Assembly: GCA_002441305.1 (NCBI GenBank)
Contig: DJVT01000014.1
Coordinates: forward strand, 178,791-242,790
From: Candidatus Omnitrophica bacterium UBA6249
GTDB taxonomy: Bacteria; Omnitrophota; Gorgyraeia; Gygaellales; Profunditerraquicolaceae
Reading direction: 5' to 3'
DNA length: 64,000 nucleotides
The translations under genes were made by a program, and so were the position numbers. The notes under the pieces are model-generated. The model was not told the origin of the DNA and did no database searches. It saw nothing but the letters and a program-made list of their open reading frames with translations. This document shows, piece after piece, positions 1 through 8,495 of this stretch (position 1 is its first letter; the number at the start of each line of letters is the position of its first letter).

Positions 1-170
1 AAACATCCCGGGTTCCCGCAAGCCCCGCAATTCCCTCCCGGGAGGAGATGCTGCACCTGTTCCAGCTTGGGGTCCAGATGGACGCTGAACTTTTTTGAGG
101 CAAAAGCCAGGCCTATTCCAAAAACCAGCCCTAAAAAACCGAGAATCGCTACCGCAGATATAATTTCCAT
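1..170 (-). CDS. rnfB: Rnf complex subunit B, N-terminal fragment (gene continues beyond the left edge)
   Basis: Own translation of the reverse strand from ATG at 168-170 gives MEIISAVAILGFLGLVFGIGLAFASKKFSVHLDPKLEQVQHLLPGGNCGACGNPGC. This is a TM helix plus the NCGxCGxxGC motif typical of RnfB. It starts directly after the rnfA stop (171-173). It is absent from the ORF track because it is truncated. Confidence 0.8.
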   Translation of the reverse strand, partial: MEIISAVAILGFLGLVFGIGLAFASKKFSVHLDPKLEQVQHLLPGGNCGACGNPGC

Positions 171-779
171 TTAGAATTTAAACCCGTTAAACCCCATGAA
201 ACTCAGACTCAAAACCGATGCAATAATAAATGCGATCGGGAAATTATGCAGCGCGCGGGGCACCTTACAGAATTCCAGCCTTTCCCGTATGCCGGACATA
301 ATCAACATCGCCAGCGTATACCCCAGCCCCATGCAAACCCCCTGGAAGAGCGAATAATAAAAACTCCCAACCACGGGCTTTCCTTTTACGAAAAACATAT
401 CGATATTCAATACCGCCGCTCCCAGCACGGCGCAATTAGTGGTGATTAAAGTAAGGTAGATGCCGAAAGCCCGGTATAAAGCCGGGCTGACCTTACGGAT
501 TATCATTTCGATCAGCTGCACCAGGGCGGCGATTACCAGGACAAAAGAAAGCGTGCGCAGGTAAGCAAGATTGAAAGGCAGCAGAAGGAAACGGTAAATA
601 AACCAGGTCACCGCGGATGAAGCGGTAATCACGAAAGTCACCGCGGCACTCATCGCGAACGCCGGCTTGGTTTCCTTGGAGATCGCCACAAAAGGGCACA
701 ATCCCAAGAAACGCGAAAGGATGACGTTGTAAATAAAGACCGCCGAGATAAAAATGCTTAAGAATTCGTGAAGATTCAT
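171..779 (-). CDS. rnfA: Rnf complex subunit A
   Basis: 202 aa polytopic membrane protein. SRFLGLCPF and TTNCAVLG motifs match the RnfA/NqrE family. ATGA overlap with the rnfE stop. Confidence 0.9.
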   Translation of the reverse strand: MNLHEFLSIFISAVFIYNVILSRFLGLCPFVAISKETKPAFAMSAAVTFVITASSAVTWFIYRFLLLPFNLAYLRTLSFVLVIAALVQLIEMIIRKVSPALYRAFGIYLTLITTNCAVLGAAVLNIDMFFVKGKPVVGSFYYSLFQGVCMGLGYTLAMLIMSGIRERLEFCKVPRALHNFPIAFIIASVLSLSFMGFNGFKF

Positions 780-1369
780 CTCTTCCTGTCCTTTATCAGG
801 TTAAACAACCCGAGCAGCAAGCCGATCACCAAAAGCGCTCCCGAGGGCATGCCGAAGACAAAGGGCGGTTCAAACCCTTTGATCAAAGTATGCCCCAGCA
901 CCTGCCCCGTACCCAAAAACTCACGGATCGCGGAGATAATCACCAGCGCCAGGGTAAACCCTACCCCCATACCTAACCCGTCGAAAAACGAGCTGGCCAG
1001 GTTATTCTTGCAGGCGAATGCCTCAGCGCGCCCCAGCACGATACAGTTTACCACGATCAACGGTACGTAGATACCCAGGGCCCTGTCCAGTACCGGGCTG
1101 TAAGCTTTCAGGCAAAGCTCGGTAATCGTGACAAAAGTGGCGATAACCACGATAAAACATGGTATGCGTATCTTGTCAGGGATAAAATTCTTGACCAAAG
1201 ACACGATCATGCTGGAGCCAAGGAGCACGAATGTAGCCGCCACCCCCATCCCGATACCGTTAGCTACCGATACCGAAACCGCCAAAGTAGGGCATAACCC
1301 CAAAACCAGAACAAAGGTCGGATTTTCTCTAATAATACCCTTAGTGAATTCTTTAACCAGGCTTTTCAT
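776..1369 (-). CDS. rnfE: Rnf complex subunit E
   Basis: 197 aa. ENPTFVLVLGLCPTLAV and VVNCIVLGRAEAF motifs match the RnfE/NqrD family. ATGA overlaps on both sides. Confidence 0.9.
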   Translation of the reverse strand: MKSLVKEFTKGIIRENPTFVLVLGLCPTLAVSVSVANGIGMGVAATFVLLGSSMIVSLVKNFIPDKIRIPCFIVVIATFVTITELCLKAYSPVLDRALGIYVPLIVVNCIVLGRAEAFACKNNLASSFFDGLGMGVGFTLALVIISAIREFLGTGQVLGHTLIKGFEPPFVFGMPSGALLVIGLLLGLFNLIKDRKR

Positions 1370-2304
1370 TTGGAACCATAAATCCTGTTCTTGGTATACC
1401 GGTCAATAAAAGGCGTAGCGGCATTCATCATAAGAATAGCATAAGATACCCCTTCCGGGTATCCTCCCCAAATCCGGATCACCGCTGTCAGCACCCCGCA
1501 GCCTACGCCGAAGATAATCTGCCCTTTTGCGGTAAGGGGAGTAGCCACATAGTCCGTAGCCATAAAAAATGCCCCGAGGATCAACCCTCCGCTCAGGATA
1601 TGAAAAAGCCAATCTCCTTTAAAAAACCCGTTCCCCCCGAATACGTACATAAATAACCCGGTAGTAACGATATAGGTAACGGGTATCTGCCAGGAGATGT
1701 AGCCTTTGATAAAGAGTATTGCCGCCCCGATCAAGAGCGCCAAGATACATACCTCACCGATACAGCCCCCGTGGTTACCGATAAACAGATCCCAGTAAGG
1801 GATATGCTCCAGAACCTTGCCCTCCTTCAGCGCCGCCAACGGAGTGGCGCTGGCAACCGTATCGCAAAATGGCCTGGTGAAAGTAGTCATATATTTAGGC
1901 CATGAGGCCATCAAAAATACCCTCCCCACAAGCGCGGGGTTGAAAATATTCTGCCCCAGCCCACCAAAAAGCAATTTACCTACAACCATCGAAACTACCG
2001 CCCCGATTACCGGCAGCCAAAGCGGCACTCCGGCAGGCAGGTTAAAAGCCAGGAGTATCCCGGTGATCACCGCGGAACCATCCAATACCGTAATCTTCTT
2101 CCCCGCCGCGAGTTCGAAGATAAGCTCGGTGGAAACTGCCGCGCCTACCGCAGCCAGAGTAATCCACAAGGCATCCCAGCCAAAAATGATCACTCCCGCG
2201 ATCCCGGCCGGGATAAGGCTTACTACCACCGTCCACATAATCCGGCTGACCGATTCTCTGGTATAAATATGGGGTGACCCGGAAACAATAAGCCTATCTT
2301 TCAT
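1366..2304 (-). CDS. rnfD: Rnf complex subunit D
   Basis: 312 aa polytopic protein. NIFNPALVGRVFL and the ASATPLA region (FMN-threonine site context) are typical of RnfD/NqrB. Confidence 0.9.
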   Translation of the reverse strand: MKDRLIVSGSPHIYTRESVSRIMWTVVVSLIPAGIAGVIIFGWDALWITLAAVGAAVSTELIFELAAGKKITVLDGSAVITGILLAFNLPAGVPLWLPVIGAVVSMVVGKLLFGGLGQNIFNPALVGRVFLMASWPKYMTTFTRPFCDTVASATPLAALKEGKVLEHIPYWDLFIGNHGGCIGEVCILALLIGAAILFIKGYISWQIPVTYIVTTGLFMYVFGGNGFFKGDWLFHILSGGLILGAFFMATDYVATPLTAKGQIIFGVGCGVLTAVIRIWGGYPEGVSYAILMMNAATPFIDRYTKNRIYGSK

Positions 2305-2824
2305 ACTTTATTATACCCCTTATCTCCCGGGCCTTCTCTTGAACCGCCTCGATCACCGCCCGGCTTGATATTGTCGCTCCGGTAATCGCCTGCACCCCGG
2401 AGAGATCCCCGCTATCCCGCCCTTTGAACTGCGCGGTGAACTTATTCTCTTTTACCTGCATCCCCAGCCCGGGGGTTTCGTTCAAAGAAATTACCTTGAT
2501 CGCGCTAAGCGAACCGTCCGGGCGCATCCCGGCCAGGGTTTGAATCACGCTGGAATACCCCTTTCCGGAAGCCTTGAAGACAACCCCGATTGTTTTCCCC
2601 TCTTCATCCAAGGCCTTATAATATAAAAGCTCCTGCCCGTTATCCTCTTTTACTGCGGAGAACCCGGCGGCCTCAGGCATAACTTCCTTCAAAGAAGCTT
2701 CTTCTTCCGCCTGGGCGGCAGCAAGAATCCGGGGAGCGGTAAGCTTATTGACCGCCGCTAGCAGCCCCGCGGCAACCATGCAGATAAAAGCCAGGATCAA
2801 ACCGTAACGCATTACTTCTTTCAC
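2294..2824 (-). CDS. rnfG: Rnf complex subunit G (FMN-binding)
   Basis: 176 aa with an N-terminal TM anchor, an FMN_bind-type domain and a C-terminal TGATISS flavinylation motif. Confidence 0.85.
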   Translation of the reverse strand: MKEVMRYGLILAFICMVAAGLLAAVNKLTAPRILAAAQAEEEASLKEVMPEAAGFSAVKEDNGQELLYYKALDEEGKTIGVVFKASGKGYSSVIQTLAGMRPDGSLSAIKVISLNETPGLGMQVKENKFTAQFKGRDSGDLSGVQAITGATISSRAVIEAVQEKAREIRGIIKYER

Positions 2825-4083
2825 TTGCGCACCTCTAATTTAGCCCGCTTGATCGTCTGAAGCAGGCGGCGGTGGGAAGGACAAACGTAATTACAGACCC
2901 CGCACTCGATACAATCCATAACCCCCATATCTTTAGTCATGCCCCAGAACGACCTTTCCGAAGCCAGGTTGAGTTGACAGGGCATCAAGCCCACCGGACA
3001 ACCGCGCACACAGGCGGCACAACGGATACACGGGTCCTCTTCAAACGCCGCAGCCTCTTTTTCGTTCATCAGCAACAGGCCGTTACTGGACTTTATAAGC
3101 GGCACATCATCGGTATATTGGGCAATGCCCATCATCGGGCCGCCGATGATAATCTTAGCCGGTTCTTCCTTCAACCCGCAAAACTTAATGAGGTCCCTTA
3201 CGGGAGTACCGACCCGCACCAGAAGATTCACCGGCTCCTTGACGCAAGAACCGGTAACGGTAACAATCCTCTCGAATAACGGCTTACCTTTATATACCGC
3301 TTCGTAAATCGCGAATATCGTGCTCACGTTCTGGACAAGCACTCCGATATCAAAAGGATACTTGCCGCGGGGAAGATCTCTGCCCATAATGTTGCGGATC
3401 AGCTGCTTCTCCCCTCCCTGGGGATAATCCGAAGGAAGGACTTTGACTTTAATCCCGGGCATCCCGGAAAAGGCCTCGATCGCCTCCGGCTTGTTCCTCT
3501 CTATCCCGATACAAACCTCTTTTATCCCCAGGCACCCGGTAATCAAAGAAATGCCTGCGGCGATCTCCCGGGATTTTTCCACCATCAGGCGCGCATCGGC
3601 GGTCAGGTAAGGCTCGCATTCAGCGCCGTTTATAATCAAAGTACCTATGGGCTTTGGGGGGTTAAGCTTGATGTGGGTGGGGAAACTCGCTCCGCCCATA
3701 CCCACGATTCCCGCCTCCAGTATGATATCTCTTAGCTCCTGCGCCGTAAGGCTGTCGGACTCCTTACGGATAAAACGCGAAAAATCCGTATCCGTTTCCC
3801 CTTCGCCGCGGATCACCACCGCCTTGGCCCGGCCGAGAACCGGATGCGGGCAATCCTGTATCGCCTCCACCGTGCCCGAAATCGAGGCGTGGATCGGCGA
3901 GTAAACCCCGGAGGGCAAAGAAGCTATCTTCTGCCCGCAGGAAACTTTATCCCCGACTTTCACCTCCGGGACACAGATCTTTCCCAAATGCTGAATAAGG
4001 GAAAGATAGACTTTAGGCGGAAGCGGCATGCTCCGCGTTGGCTTATTCTCGGAATAATGTTTGTTTTCTGTTAACTTAACCAT
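2821..4083 (-). CDS. rnfC: Rnf complex subunit C
   Basis: 420 aa. GMGGASFPTHIK nucleotide/FMN-binding region and two ferredoxin-type motifs, CIRCAACVRGCP and CIECGVCNYVCP. Confidence 0.9.
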   Translation of the reverse strand: MVKLTENKHYSENKPTRSMPLPPKVYLSLIQHLGKICVPEVKVGDKVSCGQKIASLPSGVYSPIHASISGTVEAIQDCPHPVLGRAKAVVIRGEGETDTDFSRFIRKESDSLTAQELRDIILEAGIVGMGGASFPTHIKLNPPKPIGTLIINGAECEPYLTADARLMVEKSREIAAGISLITGCLGIKEVCIGIERNKPEAIEAFSGMPGIKVKVLPSDYPQGGEKQLIRNIMGRDLPRGKYPFDIGVLVQNVSTIFAIYEAVYKGKPLFERIVTVTGSCVKEPVNLLVRVGTPVRDLIKFCGLKEEPAKIIIGGPMMGIAQYTDDVPLIKSSNGLLLMNEKEAAAFEEDPCIRCAACVRGCPVGLMPCQLNLASERSFWGMTKDMGVMDCIECGVCNYVCPSHRRLLQTIKRAKLEVRK

Positions 4084-5324
4084 GCTTGTTTACGTGTAAA
4101 AAATAAATTAAATACCCCCAAAACAATCAATAACCCGCCCACTACGACCAGGATCAATAAGTGGGAAAATCTCTCCGCAAGCATGCTGCTGATGAACATA
4201 AAAAGCAAAAAACCCAGATGCATCACTATCTCCAGGGAACTGAATATTTTCCCCAGCATTTCATTATCGCTGACATTATGAATAATAGTATTGGAGGCAA
4301 TCATTATCGGGGCAACAATCAACCCCAGGAACAGGGCCAGCAAGGCGGCAAGAATAAAATTCGGATAATTATATATCCCTATGGCAAAAATATCCAGCAT
4401 TATTCCACTCAGCACAAGCGAAGCAAAGATTACCTTATAGTGCGCTATGCGCTGGCCGAACCTGCCATAAACCAGAGAACCCAAAAAGAGCCCTATCCCC
4501 AAAAACATCACAAGCAGCCCCAGGTCTTTTGTTGCCGAATGCAGCGTATCCTGGACGAAAACTATGATTACTACGTAAACCGCCCCCAGGGCCGACCAAA
4601 GGGCAAAGATTAACCCTGCGGTAAAGCGGATATCCTTCTTGCGCACAAAATAACACACCCCTTCTTTAATCTCCTGGAAAACGGATTTGCCGATTACCTC
4701 CATAATCTCCTTGCCCACCTTCTTAAAATCCATATCCACGACAAATTTCTTGGAGATCATGAATATAAGGGTCCCTGAAATCAGGAAGCTCAAGGCGTCA
4801 AGGAAAAACCCGCTTTTTGCCCCGAGCCACTCCACAAGCACCCCGCTTGCGCCGAATCCCAGGATCGCCGCGATCATGCCGGTAGTATTAACCAGGGAAT
4901 TGGCGATAAGCAGATCCTCTTTATCGACCAAATCCGGGATTATAGACAACTTGGCGGGCACGAAAAACCGGCCGATAGAAAAGGTTATGAAGATAATCAG
5001 GTATACGGGGGCCAGGTTTTTCGCGTAAAAAAGAAACAGGGGTATTGCCAGGACGAGCAGCGAACGCAGAAAATCGCAGGTGAACATCGTTCTCCGCCTG
5101 TCCCAACGGTCTACATATACTCCCGCCAGGGGACCTATAATAAAAACCGGGATAATAGTAAAAGAAAGCACTTTGGCGATCTGCATAGCGGAACCCGGCG
5201 CGCGCATATACACGAAACCGATAAGCGCCATCTGGCTCAGCCTGTCTCCAAGCTGGGAGATGATCTGCCCCATCCATAAAAGGAAAAAGTTGCGGTTTTT
5301 AAGAACTTCGCGGAATCTGGCCAT
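4071..5324 (-). CDS. MFS transporter
   Basis: 417 aa with about 12 hydrophobic segments. The N-terminus NFFLLWMGQIISQLGDRL is typical of MFS exporters. Its 3' end overlaps the rnfC start by 13 nt. Confidence 0.75.
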   Translation of the reverse strand: MARFREVLKNRNFFLLWMGQIISQLGDRLSQMALIGFVYMRAPGSAMQIAKVLSFTIIPVFIIGPLAGVYVDRWDRRRTMFTCDFLRSLLVLAIPLFLFYAKNLAPVYLIIFITFSIGRFFVPAKLSIIPDLVDKEDLLIANSLVNTTGMIAAILGFGASGVLVEWLGAKSGFFLDALSFLISGTLIFMISKKFVVDMDFKKVGKEIMEVIGKSVFQEIKEGVCYFVRKKDIRFTAGLIFALWSALGAVYVVIIVFVQDTLHSATKDLGLLVMFLGIGLFLGSLVYGRFGQRIAHYKVIFASLVLSGIMLDIFAIGIYNYPNFILAALLALFLGLIVAPIMIASNTIIHNVSDNEMLGKIFSSLEIVMHLGFLLFMFISSMLAERFSHLLILVVVGGLLIVLGVFNLFFTRKQAWLS

Positions 5325-5382
5325 AAATTTGTTGTTTTATATCAAAACCGGATGCCGGTAGGGATATCCGGTCGCAAAAATG

Positions 5383-5455
5383 AGCCGATGAGTGGAATCG
5401 AACCACCGACCTTGACTTTACGAAAGTCCTGCTCTACCAACTGAGCTACATCGGC
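5383..5455 (-). tRNA. tRNA-Thr (anticodon CGT)
   Basis: Reverse complement GCCGATGTAGCTCAGTTGGTAGAGCAGGACTTTCGTAAAGTCAAGGTCGGTGGTTCGATTCCACTCATCGGCT folds as a 73-nt cloverleaf. Anticodon loop is TTCGTAA and T-loop is TTCGATT. No encoded CCA. Confidence 0.9.
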
Positions 5456-5521
5456 AATTTGTCCAACATTATACCAATTCCTGGACAATAGTCAATTGTC
5501 CATTAATTTTTATAAAAAATG

Positions 5522-5549
5522 TTGACAAATAACATATTCATGGTATAGT
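5522..5549 (+). promoter_or_regulatory. sigma-70-type promoter of the cold-shock gene (TTGACA-N16-TATAGT)
   Basis: TTGACA at 5522-5527 and TATAGT at 5544-5549 with a 16-nt spacer, about 125 nt upstream of the csp ATG. Confidence 0.6.
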
Positions 5550-5607
5550 TATTTCGTCAAATATGTTCAGAGGAGAAGTAAAGAAATTGCTTAGTTTCAA
5601 GTACAAA

Positions 5608-5653
5608 CCGCAAAGCCGCTTCACAGAACAACGACGCTTTGCGGATTTTTTTT
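5608..5653 (+). promoter_or_regulatory. Terminator-like hairpin plus U-run inside the csp 5' leader (putative attenuator or thermosensor)
   Basis: CCGCAAAGC (5608-5616) pairs with GCTTTGCGG (5636-5644) and is followed by ATTTTTTTT. It lies 26 nt before the SD GAGGAGG and the ATG at 5680. Confidence 0.5.
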
Positions 5654-5679
5654 ATCTGTAGAGGAGGTGAGAATTAGAA

Positions 5680-5880
5680 ATGGCAAAAGGTAAAGTAAAG
5701 TGGTTCAGCAATCAAAAAGGTTACGGCTTTGTTACTTCCGAAGACGGCAAAGATGTGTTCGTACACTTCAGCGCTATCGTGGGAGAGGGCTATAAATCTT
5801 TAGCTGAGGGCGACGAAGTTGAATTCGAAGTCACTCAGGGTCCGAAAGGCGACCAAGCTACTAACGTAAAAAAGATATAA
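5680..5880 (+). CDS. Cold-shock protein, CspA family
   Basis: 66 aa with RNP1 KGYGFV and RNP2 VFVHFSAI. Strong SD GAGGAGG upstream. Confidence 0.95.
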   Translation: MAKGKVKWFSNQKGYGFVTSEDGKDVFVHFSAIVGEGYKSLAEGDEVEFEVTQGPKGDQATNVKKI

Positions 5881-5901
5881 GTTTACGTATAGAGACAAAA
5901 A

Positions 5902-5937
5902 CAGGGTCAGATCAAAAGATCTGGCCCTGTTTTTTTA
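5902..5937 (+). terminator. Rho-independent terminator after csp
   Basis: CAGGGTCAGATC / GATCTGGCCCTG stem with an AAAA loop, followed by TTTTTTT. Confidence 0.8.
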
Positions 5938-5943
5938 TTAAAA

Positions 5944-6015
5944 TGCCGAGAGAGGGAATCGGACCCCCCACGCCGGCCTTTTCAGGGCCGCGCTCTACCA
6001 CTGAGCTATCTCGGC
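5944..6015 (-). tRNA. tRNA-Phe (anticodon GAA)
   Basis: Reverse complement GCCGAGATAGCTCAGTGGTAGAGCGCGGCCCTGAAAAGGCCGGCGTGGGGGGTCCGATTCCCTCTCTCGGCA folds as a 72-nt cloverleaf with anticodon loop CTGAAAA. The T-loop reads TCCGATT, which is C at position 55 (see findings). Confidence 0.85.
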
Positions 6016-6070
6016 TTGAATTAAAGCGATTTTATATATTGTACACAATTTTCCCAAAAAGAAAAGAAGA

Positions 6071-6118
6071 AAATTGAGCACCTTAAAGCCTTATTTATGG
6101 CGCGAAATTGAGCACCTT
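6071..6118. repeat. Two copies of a 14-nt direct repeat, AAATTGAGCACCTT
   Basis: Perfect copies at 6071-6084 and 6105-6118 with 34-nt spacing, in the spacer upstream (minus sense) of tRNA-Phe. Confidence 0.7.
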
Positions 6119-6188
6119 TAAGATCCATCCAGCGAAATCCTTGCGTTTTTTCAAGGATCCTTGTGAGCATAGCGAACAGGGTGGCGCT

Positions 6189-6572
6189 TTATTTAACCCC
6201 GCTAATTATCTTTACGAATACGTCCTGCGCCAGCTTGATATCAGGAAAATGATGTTTGCGCGCTGATACCCTGACACGGGTGGTGGCCCGGGTAAGGCGG
6301 ACGAGCCTGATCCACAATTTGCTCGACTCAAAAGAAACTTCTATATGCCCCGTAGAGATATTCTCCGTATCCACATTGCCGTACCTCCTGGCGGTAGCCA
6401 GGGCGGAATCCCAAAGCATATCGAAATTCTTGTCGCTGTCCCCTTCCACCGTATCGTTACTGACGGCGTAAGCACCCAGCCCGCCTGCCGCCGCTCCGAT
6501 CAGGAGAGGAAAACATCCGCTCATGCAAGGCAAGAGACAGGCGGTTAATAAAACAAGCAGCGCCCGTTTCAT
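6189..6572 (-). CDS. Putative lipoprotein, function unknown
   Basis: The ORF-track ORF is trimmed to the internal ATG preceded by GAAGGAGG. The N-terminus MKRALLVLLTACLLPCMSGC carries a signal peptide and lipobox Cys. Confidence 0.6.
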   Translation of the reverse strand: MKRALLVLLTACLLPCMSGCFPLLIGAAAGGLGAYAVSNDTVEGDSDKNFDMLWDSALATARRYGNVDTENISTGHIEVSFESSKLWIRLVRLTRATTRVRVSARKHHFPDIKLAQDVFVKIISGVK

Positions 6573-6674
6573 TTTGCCTCCTTCTTCGTAAGTATCCTGG
6601 ACAAACAGGATACCAGGAGAAATATGATCACTCCCCAGGAAACGAACATGAACATCCACCCGGATAATTTCATC

Positions 6675-8237
6675 TTATTTGACCTCCGTATATTTTTTTC
6701 GGCGCCAGGCGATCTTGACCAAAACCGCCAGGGTTACCAGCAGAATAAACAAAACCACCCGCGTCCCCAGGACAAAAGGCTTGTCCGGGACAGGAACATT
6801 CTTCATCATTATTATAGGAAGCCATTCCTGCATAAGCCAGGTGCCTAATATGGTAAACAAGAATAACGGGGTGATATACTTGATAATAAATTTATAGATC
6901 CTCGGGACAGCCATATCGGCCCCTTTATGTATTTCGTCCCAGGCCCGGTCCATGCCGAATACCCAGACAAAAAGGACTGTTTCAATGGTGGCAAACAGCA
7001 CCAGAAAGAATGTGCCTCCCCAAAAATCAAGCTCGTTTACCACGCCTCTCCCAAGCAGGGATACAGCCGGCTGGCATAAAACGAAAGAAACTACGCCGAA
7101 TATGCAGACCGCGCGCCTGCGGCTGATGTTGAATTCATCCTCAAGAAAAGCAATCGCCGGCTGGGCCAGGGAGAGCGAAGAGGTTATCCCGGCAAGGAAC
7201 AACAAGAAAAACCAAAGAAACCCGAATACCGCCGGCAAAGGCAGCTTATTCAATACCATGGGCATGGTTACAAATCCCAGATTGAACACGCCCGACTGGG
7301 CAATCGCCTTGATATCCGCCGGCCCGAAGAAAACAAAAGCCGCGGGGATAATGATGCTTGCGCCGAATATAACCTCGGCGGCTTCATTGGTGGCGGCCGC
7401 AGTAAGCCCCGAAAGCACTACGTCATCGGCTTTTTTCAAGTAGCTGGCATAAGTAAGAATAACCCCGATGCCCACGCTTAAGGTGAAAAATGTCTGCCCG
7501 GCCGCTTCAAGCCATACCTTGGCCGAACGCAAGGAAGAAAAATCGGGATTCCATAAGAACCCAAAACCGGCCGCCACGTTCCATCCGGGCTTGCTTATAT
7601 CCGGCGTGCCCAAGGTCAAAACCCTGATTATCAATATGATCCCCAGGATAAACAAAAGAGGGATAGCGAATTTGCAAAGTTTTTCTATGCCTCCTTTTAT
7701 CCCCCGGTAAACTACCAGCATATTCAGGGAAAAGGTAACCAGGAAAAAAATGTAAGCCGTACCTATCCCGTTAAAATACTGGTTTTTCTCCAAACCCTGG
7801 AAACCCGAAAGGAAACTGCGCAAAGAATCCTGGTCCATAAGCGCGGTGTATTTCCCGGTAATGGCAAAAAAACTGTAAGCGAGTGTCCAGGACTCGATGA
7901 ATAGATAATAAATAAAGATTACCAGCGGGCCGAATATCCCGATTACCCCGAAATACTTGATAAAGCGGTTCTTCTGAAGCAAACTATGGAATATCCCCGG
8001 GGCGGTCCCGTGGCCGAACCCTCCCCCGTAACGCCCCAGCGTCCATTCTATCCACATAAGCGGGATCCCCAGGAGGAGCAGGGAAATAAAATAGGGGATC
8101 ATGAACGCCCCTCCCCCGTTTGCCGCGGCCTTGGCGGGGAAGCGCAGGAAATTACCCAATCCGATAGCGGAACCCGCAACGGCCATGATAATCCCTATAC
8201 GCGACCCCCAGTTTTCCCTCTTTTGCCCTTTGGCCAT
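6675..8237 (-). CDS. Sodium-dependent transporter, NSS (SNF/LeuT) family
   Basis: 520 aa. WGSRIGIIMAVAGSAIGLGNFLRFP and GGGAFMIPY are hallmark NSS motifs. About 12 TM helices. Confidence 0.9.
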   Translation of the reverse strand: MAKGQKRENWGSRIGIIMAVAGSAIGLGNFLRFPAKAAANGGGAFMIPYFISLLLLGIPLMWIEWTLGRYGGGFGHGTAPGIFHSLLQKNRFIKYFGVIGIFGPLVIFIYYLFIESWTLAYSFFAITGKYTALMDQDSLRSFLSGFQGLEKNQYFNGIGTAYIFFLVTFSLNMLVVYRGIKGGIEKLCKFAIPLLFILGIILIIRVLTLGTPDISKPGWNVAAGFGFLWNPDFSSLRSAKVWLEAAGQTFFTLSVGIGVILTYASYLKKADDVVLSGLTAAATNEAAEVIFGASIIIPAAFVFFGPADIKAIAQSGVFNLGFVTMPMVLNKLPLPAVFGFLWFFLLFLAGITSSLSLAQPAIAFLEDEFNISRRRAVCIFGVVSFVLCQPAVSLLGRGVVNELDFWGGTFFLVLFATIETVLFVWVFGMDRAWDEIHKGADMAVPRIYKFIIKYITPLFLFTILGTWLMQEWLPIIMMKNVPVPDKPFVLGTRVVLFILLVTLAVLVKIAWRRKKYTEVK

Positions 8238-8240
8238 ATT

Positions 8241-8477
8241 TTACTGCATATTCTGCAAAGCTTCCTGGATCAAAGGCAGCGCCCCTTCCGCCTCCTGTTT
8301 TGTCAACCTGCCCAATTTGGCGAACGCGTACTCACCGTTCCTGTCCTTAACCTCCCTGACGATCTGTATCTTATGCGGACCGTTATTATAAGAATAGACG
8401 CTCACCACTATTTTCCCGCTGTCATTTTCCCAAAAACGGCTGAATATCTGCGCGTCCAAACTGCTGTCATATGGCAT
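8241..8477 (-). CDS. Small PC4/YdbC-like putative ssDNA-binding protein
   Basis: 78 aa. The pattern KIVVSVYSYNNGPHKIQIVRE...FAKLGRLTKQEA resembles the bacterial PC4/YdbC fold (beta-sheet then helix). Assignment is from memory of the family pattern only. Confidence 0.4.
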   Translation of the reverse strand: MPYDSSLDAQIFSRFWENDSGKIVVSVYSYNNGPHKIQIVREVKDRNGEYAFAKLGRLTKQEAEGALPLIQEALQNMQ

Positions 8478-8495
8478 GATCCCCTCCTTTTGTCA

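Noticed and set aside
5944-6188. tRNA-Phe-adjacent region as an integration site of a genomic island
   Set aside because: There is no integrase, no repeat of the tRNA 3' end and no compositional break that I can see. The flanking genes are ordinary chromosomal genes.
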